A DNA stretch of 64,000 nt from Auanema rhodensis (lineage: Eukaryota; Animalia; Nematoda): the NCBI GenBank assembly GCA_964057225.1, contig OZ059897.1, positions 5,208,001-5,272,000 of the forward strand. The letters run 5' to 3'. The notes beneath the pieces were generated by a model. It saw nothing but the letters and a program-made list of their open reading frames with translations, was not told where the DNA came from and searched no databases. The position numbers and the translations under genes were made by a program. Below are positions 1 through 12,100 of the stretch, piece after piece; positions within the stretch are counted from its first letter, which is position 1; each line of letters starts with the position of its first letter.

Positions 1-176
1 TTTCACGTGAAGCAAGTTACATACCAAGTGCACAGCACGTGTACATTTAATTAGCATAAATTAAAGTTCACGTAAATTTCAAAGTCATGGTTACCATGCA
101 CTAATATCAATAAAAATTTGTTTTTAGACTAATATGGACATGGGGAATCTAATTTTAAAAACCGCATCTCTTTATC
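1..176 (+). repeat. Representative 176-bp monomer with multiple dyad symmetries
   Basis: TTCACGTGAA (2-11), GTGCAC (28-33), CACGTG (36-41), TGTACA (40-45), TTTAATT/AATTAAA (46-52/59-65), CATGGT-T-ACCATG (86-98), TAAAAA/TTTTTA (111-116/121-126), TTTT-R-AAAA (153-161). Confidence 0.95.
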
Positions 177-3100
177 TTTCACGTGAAGCAAGTTACATAC
201 CAAGTGCACAGCACGTGTACATTTAATTAGCATAAATTAAAGTTCACGTAAATTTCAAAGTCATGGTTACCATGCACTAATATCAATAAAAATTTGTTTT
301 TAGACTAATATGGACATGGGGAATCTAATTTTGAAAACCGCATCTCTTTATCTTTCACGTGAAGCAAGTTACATACCAAGTGCACATCACGTGCACATTT
401 AATTAGCATAAATTAAAGTTCACGTAAATTTCAAAGTCATGGTTACCATGCACTAATATCAATAAAAATTTGTTTTTAGACTAATATGGACATGGGGAAT
501 CTAATTTTGAAAACCGCATCTCTTTATCTTTCACGTGAAGCAAGTTACATACCAAGTGCACATCACGTGCACATTTAATTAGCATAAATTAAAGTTCACG
601 TAAATTTCAAAGTCATGGTTACCATGCACCAATATCAATAAAAATTTGTTTTTAGACTAATATGGACATGGGGAATCTAATTTTGAAAACTGCATCTCTT
701 TATCTTTCACGTGAAGCAAGTTACATACCAAGTGCACATCACGTGCACATTTAATTAGCATAAATTAAAGTTCACGTAAATTTCAAAGTCATGGTTACCA
801 TGCACCAATATCAATAAAAATTTGTTTTTAGACTAATATGGACATGGGGAATCTAATTTTGAAAACCGCATCTCTTTATCTTTCACGTGAAGCAAGTTAC
901 ATACCAAGTGCACATCACGTGCACATTTAATTAGCATAAATTAAAGTTCACGTAAATTTCAAAGTCATGGTTACCATGCACCAATATCAATAAAAATTTG
1001 TTTTTTGACTAATATGGACATGGGGAATCTAATTTTGAAAACCGCATCTCTTTATCTTTCACGTGAAGCAAGTTACATACCAAGTGCACATCACGTGTAC
1101 ATTTAATTAGCATAAATTAAAGTTCACGTAAATTTCAAAGTCATGGTTACCATGCACCAATATCAATAAAAATTTGTTTTTAGACTAATATGGACATGGG
1201 GAATCTAATTTTGAAAACCGCATCTCTTTATCTTTCACGTGAAGCAAGTTACATACCAAGTGCACATCACGTGCACATTTAATTAGCATAAATTAAAGTT
1301 CACGTAAATTTCAAAGTCATGGTTACCATGCACCAATATCAATAAAAATTTGTTTTTAGACTAATATGGACATGGGGAATCTAATTTTAAAAACCGCATC
1401 TCTTTATCTTTCACGTGAAGTGAGTTACATACCAAGTGCACATCACGTGTACATTTAATTAGCATAAATTAAAGTTCACGTAAATTTCAAAGTCATGGTT
1501 ACCATGCACCAATATCAATAAAAATTTGTTTTTAGACTAATATGGACATGGGGAATCTAATTTTAAAAACCGCATCTCTTTATCTTTCACGTGAAGTGAG
1601 TTACATACCAAGTGCACATCACGTGCACATTTAATTAGCATAAATTAAAGTTCACGTAAATTTCAAATTTATGGTTACCATGCACCAATATCAATAAAAT
1701 TTGTTTTTAGACTAATATGGACATGGGGAATCTAATTTTGAAAACCGCATCTCTTTATCTTTCACGTGAAGCGAGTTACATACCAAGTGCACATCACGTG
1801 TACATTTAATTAGCATAAATTAAAGTTCACGTAAATTTCAAAGTCATGGTTACCATGCACCAATATCAATAAAAATTTGTTTTTAGACTAATATGGACAT
1901 GGGGAATCTAATTTTGAAAACCGCATCTCTTTATCTTTCACGTGAAGCGAGTTACATACCAAGTGCACATCACGTGTACATTTAATTAGCATAAATTAAA
2001 GTTCACGTAAATTTCAAAGTCATGGTTACCATGCACCAATATCAATAAAAATTTGTTTTTAGACTAATATGGACATGTGAAATCTAATTTTAAAAACCGC
2101 ATCTCTTTATCTTTCACGTGAAGCAAGTTACATACCAAGTGCACATCACGTGTACATTTAATTAGCATAAATTAAAGTTCACGTAAATTTCAAAGTCATG
2201 GTTACCATGCACTAATATCAATAAAAATTTGTTTTTAGACTAATATGGACATGGGGAATCTAATCTTGAAAACCGCATCTCTTTATCTTTCACGTGAAGT
2301 GGGTTGCATACCAAGTGCACATCACGTGTACATTTAATTAGCATAAATTAAAGTTCACGTAAATTTCAAAGTCATGGTTACCATGCACTAATATCAATAA
2401 AAATTTGTTTTTAGACTAATATGGACATGTGGAATCTAATTTTAAAAACCGCATCTCTTTATCTTTCACGTGAAGCAAGTTACATACCAAGTGCACATCA
2501 CGTGTACATTTAATTAGCATAAATTAAAGTTCACGTAAATTTCAAAGTCATGGTTACCATGCACCAATATCAATAAAAATTTGTTTTTAGACTAATATGG
2601 ACATGTGGAATCTAATTTTGAAAACCGCATCTCTTTATCTTTCACGTGAAGTGAGTTACATACCAAGTGCACATCACGTGTACATTTAATTAGCATAAAT
2701 TAAAGTTCACGTAAATTTCAAAGTCATGGTTACCATGCACCAATATCAATAAAAATTTCTTTTTAGACTAATATGGACATGGGGAATCTAATTTTGAAAA
2801 CCGCATCTCTTTATCTTTCACGTGAAGCAAGTTACATACCAAGTGCACATCACGTGCACATTTAATTAGCATAAATTAAAGTTCACGTAAATTTCAAAGT
2901 CATGGTTACCATGCACCAATATCAATAAAAATTTGTTTTTAGACTAATATGGACATGGGGAATCTAATTTTAAAAACCGCATCTCTTTATCTTTCACGTG
3001 AAGCAAGTTACATACCAAGTGCACATCACGTGTACATTTAATTAGCATAAATTAAAGTTCACTTAAATTTCAAAGTCATGGTTACCATGCACCAATATCA

Positions 3101-4047
3101 ATAAAAATTTGTTTTTAGACTAATATGGACATGGGGAATCTAATTTTAAAAACCGCATCTCTTTATCTTTCACGTGAAGCAAGTTACATACCAAGTGCAC
3201 ATCACGTGTACATTTAATTAGCATAAATTAAAGTTCACGTAAATTTCAAAGTCATGGTTACCATGCACCAATATCAATAAAAATTTGTTTTTAGATTAAT
3301 ATGGACATGGGGAATCTAATTTTGAAAACCGCATCTCTTTATCTTTCACGTGAAGCAAGTTACATACCAAGTGCACAGCACGTGTACATTTAATTAGCAT
3401 AAATTAAAGTTCACGTAAATTTCAAAGTCATGGTTACCATGCACCAATATCAATAAAAATTTGTTTTTAGACTAATATGGACATGGGGAATCTAATTTTG
3501 AAAACCGCATCTCTTTATCTTTCACGTGAAGCGAGTTACATACCAAGTGCACATCACGTGTACATTTAATTAGCATAAATTAAAGTTCACGTAAATTTCA
3601 AAGTCATGGTTACCATGCACCAATATCAATAAAAATTTGTTTTTAGACTAATATGGACATGTGAAATCTAATTTTAAAAACCGCATCTCTTTATCTTTCA
3701 CGTGAAGCAAGTTACATACCAAGTGCACATCACGTGTACATTTAATTAGCATAAATTAAAGTTCACGTAAATTTCAAAGTCATGGTTACCATGCACTAAT
3801 ATCAATAAAAATTTGTTTTTAGACTAATATGGACATGGGGAATCTAATCTTGAAAACCGCATCTCTTTATCTTTCACGTGAAGTGGGTTACATACCAAGT
3901 GCACATCACGTGTACATTTAATTAGCATAAATTAAAGTTCACGTTAATTTCAAAGTCATGGTTACCATGCACTAATATCAATAAAAATTTGTTTTTAGAC
4001 TAATATGGACATGTGGAATCTAATTTTAAAAACCGCATCTCTTTATC

Positions 4048-6370
4048 TTTCACGTGAAGCAAGTTACATACCAAGTGCACATCACGTGTACATTTAATTA
4101 GCATAAATTAAAGTTCACGTAAATTTCAAAGTCATGGTTACCATGCACTAATATCAATAAAAATTTGTTTTTAGACTAATATGGACATGGGGAATCTAAT
4201 TTCAAAGACCGCATCTCTTTATCTTTCACGTGAAGCAAGTTACATACCAAGTGCACATCACGTGTACATTTAATTAGCATAAATTAAAGTTCACGTAAAT
4301 TTCAAAGTCATGGTTACCATGCACCAATATCAATAAAAATTTGTTTTTAGACTAATATGGACATGTGGAATCTAATTTTGAAAACCGCATCTCTTTATCT
4401 TTCACGTGAAGTGAGTTACATACCAAGTGCACATCACGTGTACATTTAATTAGCATAAATTAAAGTTCACGTAAATTTCAAAGTCATGGTTACCATGCAC
4501 CAATATCAATAAAAATTTGTTTTTAGACTAATATGGACATGGGGAATCTAATTTTGAAAACCGCATCTCTTTATCTTTCACGTGAAGCAAGTTACATACC
4601 AAGTGCACAGCACGTGTACATTTAATTAGCATAAATTAAAGTTCACGTAAATTTCAAAGTCATGGTTACCATGCACCAATATCAATAAAAATTTGTTTTT
4701 AGACTAATATGGACATGGGGAATCTAATTTTGAAAACCGCATCTCTTTATCTTTCACGTGAAGCAAGTTACATACCAAGTGCACAGCACGTGTACATTTA
4801 ATTAGCATAAATTAAAGTTCACGTAAATTTCAAAGTCATGGTTACCATGCACCAATATCAATAAAAATTTGTTTTTAGACTAATATGGACATGGGGAATC
4901 TAATTTTGAAAACCGCATCTTTTTATCTTTCACGTGAAGCGAGTTACATACCAAGTGCACATCACGTGTACATTTAATTAGCATAAATTAAAGTTCACGT
5001 AAATTTCAAAGTCTTGGTTACCATGCACCAATATCAATAAAAATTTGTTTTTAGACTAATATGGACATGGGGAATCTAATTTTGAAAACCGCATCTCTTT
5101 ATATTTCACGTGAAGCAAGTTACATACCAAGTGCACATCACGTGCACATTTAATTAGCATAAATTAAAGTTCACGTAAATTTCAAAGTCATGGTTACCAT
5201 GCACTAATATCAATAAAAATTTGTTTTTAGACTAATATGGACATGTGGAATCTAATTTTAAAAACCGCATCTCTTTATCTTTCACGTGAAGCAAGTTACA
5301 TACCAAGTGCACATCACGTGTACATTTAATTAGCATAAATTAAAGTTCACGTAAATTTCAAAGTCATGGTTACCATGCACCAATATCAATAAAAATTTGT
5401 TTTTAGACTAATATGGACATGGGGAATCTAATTTCAAAAACCGCATCTCTTTATCTTTCACGTGAAGCAAGTTACATACCAAGTGCACATCACGTGTACA
5501 TTTAATTAGCATAAATTAAAGTTCACGTAAATTTCAAAGTCATGGTTACCATGCACCAATATCAATAAAAATTTGTTTTTAGACTAATATGGACATGTGG
5601 AATCTAATTTTGAAAACCGCATCTCTTTATCTTTCACGTGAAGTGAGTTACATACCAAGTGCACATCACGTGTACATTTAATTAGCATAAATTAAAGTTC
5701 ACGTAAATTTCAAAGTCATGGTTACCATGCACCAATATCAATAAAAATTTGTTTTTAGACTAATATGGACATGGGGAATCTAATTTTGAAAACCGCATCT
5801 CTTTATCTTTCACGTGAAGCAAGTTACATACCAAGTGCACAGCACGTGTACATTTAATTAGCATAAATTAAAGTTCACGTAAATTTCAAAGTCATGGTTA
5901 CCATGCACCAATATCAATAAAAATTTGTTTTTAGACTAATATGGACATGGGGAATCTAATTTTGAAAACCGCATCTCTTTATCTTTCACGTGAAGCAAGT
6001 TACATACCAAGTGCACAGCACGTGTACATTTAATTAGCATAAATTAAAGTTCACGTAAATTTCAAAGTCATGGTTACCATGCACCAATATCAATAAAAAT
6101 TTGTTTTTAGACTAATATGGACATGGGGAATCTAATTTTGAAAACCGCATCTTTTTATCTTTCACGTGAAGCGAGTTACATACCAAGTGCACATCACGTG
6201 TACATTTAATTAGCATAAATTAAAGTTCACGTAAATTTCAAAGTCTTGGTTACCATGCACCAATATCAATAAAAATTTGTTTTTAGACTAATATGGACAT
6301 GGGGAATCTAATTTTGAAAACCGCATCTCTTTATATTTCACGTGAAGCAAGTTACATACCAAGTGCACAT
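4048..6370 (+). repeat. 7-monomer (1232 bp) tandem duplication
   Basis: Rare variants recur exactly 1232 bp apart: TTTCAAA (4203/5435), CATCTTTTT (4921/6153), GTCTTGG (5014/6246), TTATATTTC (5103/6335). Confidence 0.9.
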
Positions 6371-6749
6371 CACGTGTTCATTTAATTAGCATAAATTAAA
6401 GTTCACGTAAATTTCAAAGTCATGGTTACCATGCACCAATGTCAATAAAAATTTGTTTTTAGACTAATATGGACATGGGGAATCTAATTTTAAAAACCGC
6501 ATCTCTTTATCTTTCACGTGAAGTGAGTTACATACCAAGTGCACATCACGTGTACATTTAATTAGCATAAATTAAAGTTCACGTAAATTTCAAAGTCATG
6601 GTTACCATGCACCAATATCAATAAAAATTTGTTTTTAGACTAATATGGACATGGGGAATCTAATTTTAAAAACCGCATCTCTTTATCTTTCACGTGAAGC
6701 AAGTTACATACCAAGTGCACATCACGTGTACATTTAATTAGCATAAATT

Positions 6750-8940
6750 AAAGTTCACGTAAATTTCAAAGTCATGGTTACCATGCACCAATATCAATAA
6801 AAATTTGTTTTTAGACTAATATGGACATGTGGAATCTAATTTTGAAAACCGCATCTCTTTATCTTTCACTTGAAGCGAGTTACATACCAAGTGCACATCA
6901 CGTGTACATTTAATTAGCATAAATTAAAGTTCACGTAAATTTCAAAGTCATGGTTACCATGCACTAATATCAATAAAAATTTGTTTTTAGACTAATATGG
7001 ACATGGGGAATCTAATCTTGAAAACCGCATCTCTTTATCTTTCACGTGAAGTGGGTTACATACCAAGTGCACATCACGTGTACATTTAATTAGCATAATT
7101 TAAAGTTCACGTAAATTTCAAAGTCATGGTTACCATGCACCAATATCAATAAAAATTTGTTTTTAGACTAATATGGACATGTGGAATCTAATTTTAAAAA
7201 CCGCATCTCTTTATCTTTCACGTGAAGCAAGTTACATACCAAGTGCACATCACGTGTACATTTAATTAGCATAAATTAAAGTTCACGTAAATTTCAAAGT
7301 CATGGTTACCATGCACCAATATCAATAAAAATTTGTTTTTAGACTAATATGGACATGTGGAATCTAATTTTAAAAACCGCATCTCTTTATCTTTCACGTG
7401 AAGCAAGTTACATACCAAGTGCACATCACGTGTACATTTAATTAGCATAAATTAAAGTTCACGTAAATTTCAAAGTCATGGTTACCATGCACTAATATCA
7501 ATAAAAATTTGTTTTTAGACTAATATGGACATGGGGAATCTAATCTTGAAAACCGCATCTCTTTATCTTTCACGTGAAGTGGGTTACATACCAAGTGCAC
7601 ATCACGTGTACATTTAATTAGCATAATTTAAAGTTCACGTAAATTTCAAAGTCATGGTTACCATGCACCAATATCAATAAAAATTTGTTTTTAGACTAAT
7701 ATGGACATGGGGAATCTAATTTTGAAAACCGCATCTCTTTATCTTTCACGTGAAGCGAGTTACATACCAAGTGCACATCACGTGCACATTTAATTAGCAT
7801 AAATTAAAGTTCACGTAAATTTCAAAGTCATGGTTACCATGCACCAATATCAATAAAAATTTGTTTTTAGACTAATATGGACATGTGGAATCTAATTTTG
7901 AAAACCGCATCTCTTTATCTTTCACTTGAAGCGAGTTACATACCAAGTGCACATCACGTGTACATTTAATTAGCATAAATTAAAGTTCACGTAAATTTCA
8001 AAGTCATGGTTACCATGCACTAATATCAATAAAAATTTGTTTTTAGACTAATATGGACATGGGGAATCTAATCTTGAAAACCGCATCTCTTTATCTTTCA
8101 CGTGAAGTGGGTTACATACCAAGTGCACATCACGTGTACATTTAATTAGCATAATTTAAAGTTCACGTAAATTTCAAAGTCATGGTTACCATGCACCAAT
8201 ATCAATAAAAATTTGTTTTTAGACTAATATGGACATGTGGAATCTAATTTTAAAAACCGCATCTCTTTATCTTTCACGTGAAGCAAGTTACATACCAAGT
8301 GCACATCACGTGTACATTTAATTAGCATAAATTAAAGTTCACGTAAATTTCAAAGTCATGGTTACCATGCACCAATATCAATAAAAATTTGTTTTTAGAC
8401 TAATATGGACATGTGGAATCTAATTTTAAAAACCGCATCTCTTTATCTTTCACGTGAAGCAAGTTACATACCAAGTGCACATCACGTGTACATTTAATTA
8501 GCATAAATTAAAGTTCACGTAAATTTCAAAGTCATGGTTACCATGCACTAATATCAATAAAAATTTGTTTTTAGACTAATATGGACATGGGGAATCTAAT
8601 CTTGAAAACCGCATCTCTTTATCTTTCACGTGAAGTGGGTTACATACCAAGTGCACATCACGTGTACATTTAATTAGCATAATTTAAAGTTCACGTAAAT
8701 TTCAAAGTCATGGTTACCATGCACCAATATCAATAAAAATTTGTTTTTAGACTAATATGGACATGGGGAATCTAATTTTGAAAACCGCATCTCTTTATCT
8801 TTCACGTGAAGCGAGTTACATACCAAGTGCACATCACGTGCACATTTAATTAGCATAAATTAAAGTTCACGTAAATTTCAAAGTCATGGTTACCATGCAC
8901 CAATATCAATAAAAATTTGTTTTTAGACTAATATGGACAT
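6750..8940 (+). repeat. 6-monomer (1056 bp) higher-order repeat built from two related 3-mers (528 bp)
   Basis: CACTTGAAG at 6870/7926 (1056 apart). CATAATTT at 7099, 7627, 8155 and 8683 (528 apart), each linked to AATCTTG and GTGGG. Confidence 0.9.
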
Positions 8941-9140
8941 GGGGAATCTAATTTTAAAAACCGCATCTCTTTATCTTTCACGTGAAGCAAGTTACATACC
9001 AAGTGCACAGCACGTGTACATTTAATTAGCATAAATTAAAGTTCACGTAAATTTCAAAGTCATGGTTACCATGCACCAATATCAATAAAAATTTGTTTTT
9101 AGACTAATATGGACATGGGGAATCTAATTTTGAAAACCGC

Positions 9141-12100
9141 ATTATCTTTCACGTGAAGCGAGTTACATACCAAGTGCACATCACGTGTACATTTAATTAG
9201 CATAAATTAAAGTTCACGTAAATTTCAAAGTCATGGTTACCATGCACCAATATCAATAAAAATTTGTTTTTAGACTAATATGGACATGGGGAATCTAATT
9301 TTGAAAATCGCATCTCTTTATCTTTCACGTGAAGCAAGTTACATACCAAGTGCACAGCACGTGTACATTTAATTAGCATAAATTAAAGTTCACGTAAATT
9401 TCAAAGTCATGGTTACCATGCACTAATATCAATAAAAATTTGTTTTTAGACTAATATGGACATGGGGAATCTAATCTTGAAAACCGCATCTCTTTATCTT
9501 TCACGTGAAGTGGGTTACATACCAAGTGCACATCACGTGTACATTTAATTAGCATAATTTAAAGTTCACGTAAATTTCAAAGTCATGGTTACCATGCACC
9601 AATATCAATCAAAATTTGTTTTTAGACTAATATGGACATGGGGAATCTAATTTTGAAAATCGCATCTCTTTATCTTTCACGTGAAGCGAGTTACATACCA
9701 AGTGCACATCACGTGCACATTTAATTAGCATAAATTAAAGTTCACGTAAATTTCAAAGTCATGGTTACCATGCACCAATATCAATAAAAATTTGTTTTTA
9801 GACTAATATGGACATGGGGAATCTAATTTTGAAAACCGCATCTCTTTATCTTTCACGTGAAGCGAGTTACATACCAAGTGCACATCACGTGTACATTTAA
9901 TTAGCATAAATTAAAGTTCACGTAAATTTCAAAGTCATGGTTACCATGCACCAATATCAATCAAAATTTGTTTTTAGACTAATATGGACATGGGGAATCT
10001 AATTTTGAAAACCGCATCTCTTTATCTTTCACGTGAAGCGAGTTACATACCAAGTGCACATCACGTGCACATTTAATTAGCATAAATTAAAGTTCACGTA
10101 AATTTCAAAGTCATGGTTACCATGCACCAATATCAATAAAAATTTGTTTTTAGACTAATATGGACATGGGGAATCTAATTTTAAAAACCGCATCTCTTTA
10201 TCTTTCACGTGAAGCAAGTTACATACCAAGTGCACAGCACGTGTACATTTAATTAGCATAAATTAAAGTTCACGTAAATTTCAAAGTCATGGTTACCATG
10301 CACCAATATCAATAAAAATTTGTTTTTAGACTAATATGGACATGGGGAATCTAATTTTGAAAACCGCATTATCTTTCACGTGAAGCGAGTTACATACCAA
10401 GTGCACATCACGTGTACATTTAATTAGCATAAATTAAAGTTCACGTAAATTTCAAAGTCATGGTTACCATGCACCAATATCAATAAAAATTTGTTTTTAG
10501 ACTAATATGGACATGGGGAATCTAATTTTGAAAATCGCATCTCTTTATCTTTCACGTGAAGCGAGTTACATACCAAGTGCACATCACGTGTACATTTAAT
10601 TAGCATAAATTAAAGTTCACGTAAATTTCAAAGTCATGGTTACCATGCACCAATATCAATAAAAATTTGTTTTTAGACTAATATGGACATGGGGAATCTA
10701 ATTTTGAAAATCGCATCTCTTTATCTTTCACGTGAAGCGAGTTACATACCAAGTGCACATCACGTGTACATTTAATTAGCATAAATTAAAGTTCACGTAA
10801 ATTTCAAAGTCATGGTTACCATGCACCAATATCAATAAAAATTTGTTTTTAGACTAATATGGACATGGGGAATCTAATTTTGAAAATCGCATCTCTTTAT
10901 CTTTCACGTGAAGCGAGTTACATACCAAGTGCACATCACGTGTACATTTAATTAGCATAAATTAAAGTTCACGTAAATTTCAAAGTCATGGTTACCATGC
11001 ACCAATATCAATAAAAATTTGTTTTTAGACTAATATGGACATGGGGAATCTAATTTTGAAAACCTGCATCTCTTTATCTTTCACGTGAAGCGAGTTACAT
11101 ACCAAGTGCACATCACGTGTACATTTAATTAGCATAAATTAAAGTTCACGTAAATTTCAAAGTCATGGTTACCATGCACCAATATCAATAAAAATTTGTT
11201 TTTAGACTAATATGGACATGGGGAATCTAATTTTGAAAACCGCATCTCTTTATCTTTCACGTGAAGCAAGTTACATACCAAGTGCACAGCACGTGTACAT
11301 TTAATTAGCATAAATTAAAGTTCACGTAAATTTCAAAGTCATGGTTACCATGCACCAATATCAATAAAAATTTGTTTTTAGACTAATATGGACATGGGGA
11401 ATCTAATTTTGAAAATCGCATCTCTTTATCTTTCACGTGAAGCGAGTTACATACCAAGTGCACATCACGTGTACATTTAATTAGCATAAATTAAAGTTCA
11501 CGTAAATTTCAAAGTCATGGTTACCATGCACCAATATCAATAAAAATTTGTTTTTAGACTAATATGGACATGGGGAATCTAATTTTGAAAATCGCATCTC
11601 TTTATCTTTCACGTGAAGCGAGTTACATACCAAGTGCACATCACGTGTACATTTAATTAGCATAAATTAAAGTTCACGTAAATTTCAAAGTCATGGTTAC
11701 CATGCACCAATATCAATAAAAATTTGTTTTTAGACTACTATGGACATGGGGAATCTAAGTTTGAAAACCGCATCTCTTTATCTTTCACGTGAAGTGGGTT
11801 ACATACCAAGTGCACATCACGTGTACATTTAATTAGCATAAATTAAAGTTCACGTAAATTTCAAAGTCATGGTTACCATGCACCAATTTCAATAAAAATT
11901 TGTTTTTAGACTAATATGGACATGGGGAATCTAATTTTGAAAACCGCATTATCTTTCACGTGAAGCGAGTTACATACCAAGTGCACATCACGTGTACATT
12001 TAATTAGCATAAATTAAAGTTCACGTAAATTTCAAAGTCATGGTTACCATGCACCAATATCAATAAAAATTTGTTTTTAGACTAATATGGACATGGGGAA

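Noticed and set aside
5-73. tRNA gene, tRNA-derived SINE or 5S rDNA unit, suggested by a 7-bp closing stem around about 70 nt
   Set aside because: There is no D-arm, no GTTCRA T-loop or B-box in the right context, no 7-nt anticodon loop and no 5S similarity.
136-145. G-quadruplex from GGACATGGGG
   Set aside because: There is only one G4 run per 176 bp, too sparse for an intramolecular quadruplex, and it is often mutated to GTGG.
1-176. Assignment to a known satellite of about 176 bp (Brassica CentBr, honeybee AluI, Arabidopsis CEN178, alpha satellite)
   Set aside because: Only the length is similar and I recognise no diagnostic sequence. AGCT occurs only as a rare variant (44244, 44420, 59203). 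A database search is needed.
134-226. 30-codon ORF spanning each monomer junction (consensus MDMGNLILKTASLYLSREASYIPSAHHVYI) with a downstream AATAAA. Two common polymorphisms (TTG/TTA and GCA/GCG) are synonymous in this frame.
   Set aside because: The length is near chance expectation and I recognise no protein similarity. Nonsense (ATG-TGA, e.g. 2075-2080) and frameshift alleles (+1, -5, -1) are freely amplified, and many missense variants are common. Only Ribo-seq or proteomics could revive it.
1-352. Satellite-encoded hammerhead ribozyme, as known from newt, schistosome and cave cricket satellites
   Set aside because: The CUGANGA core is absent from both strands of the consensus.
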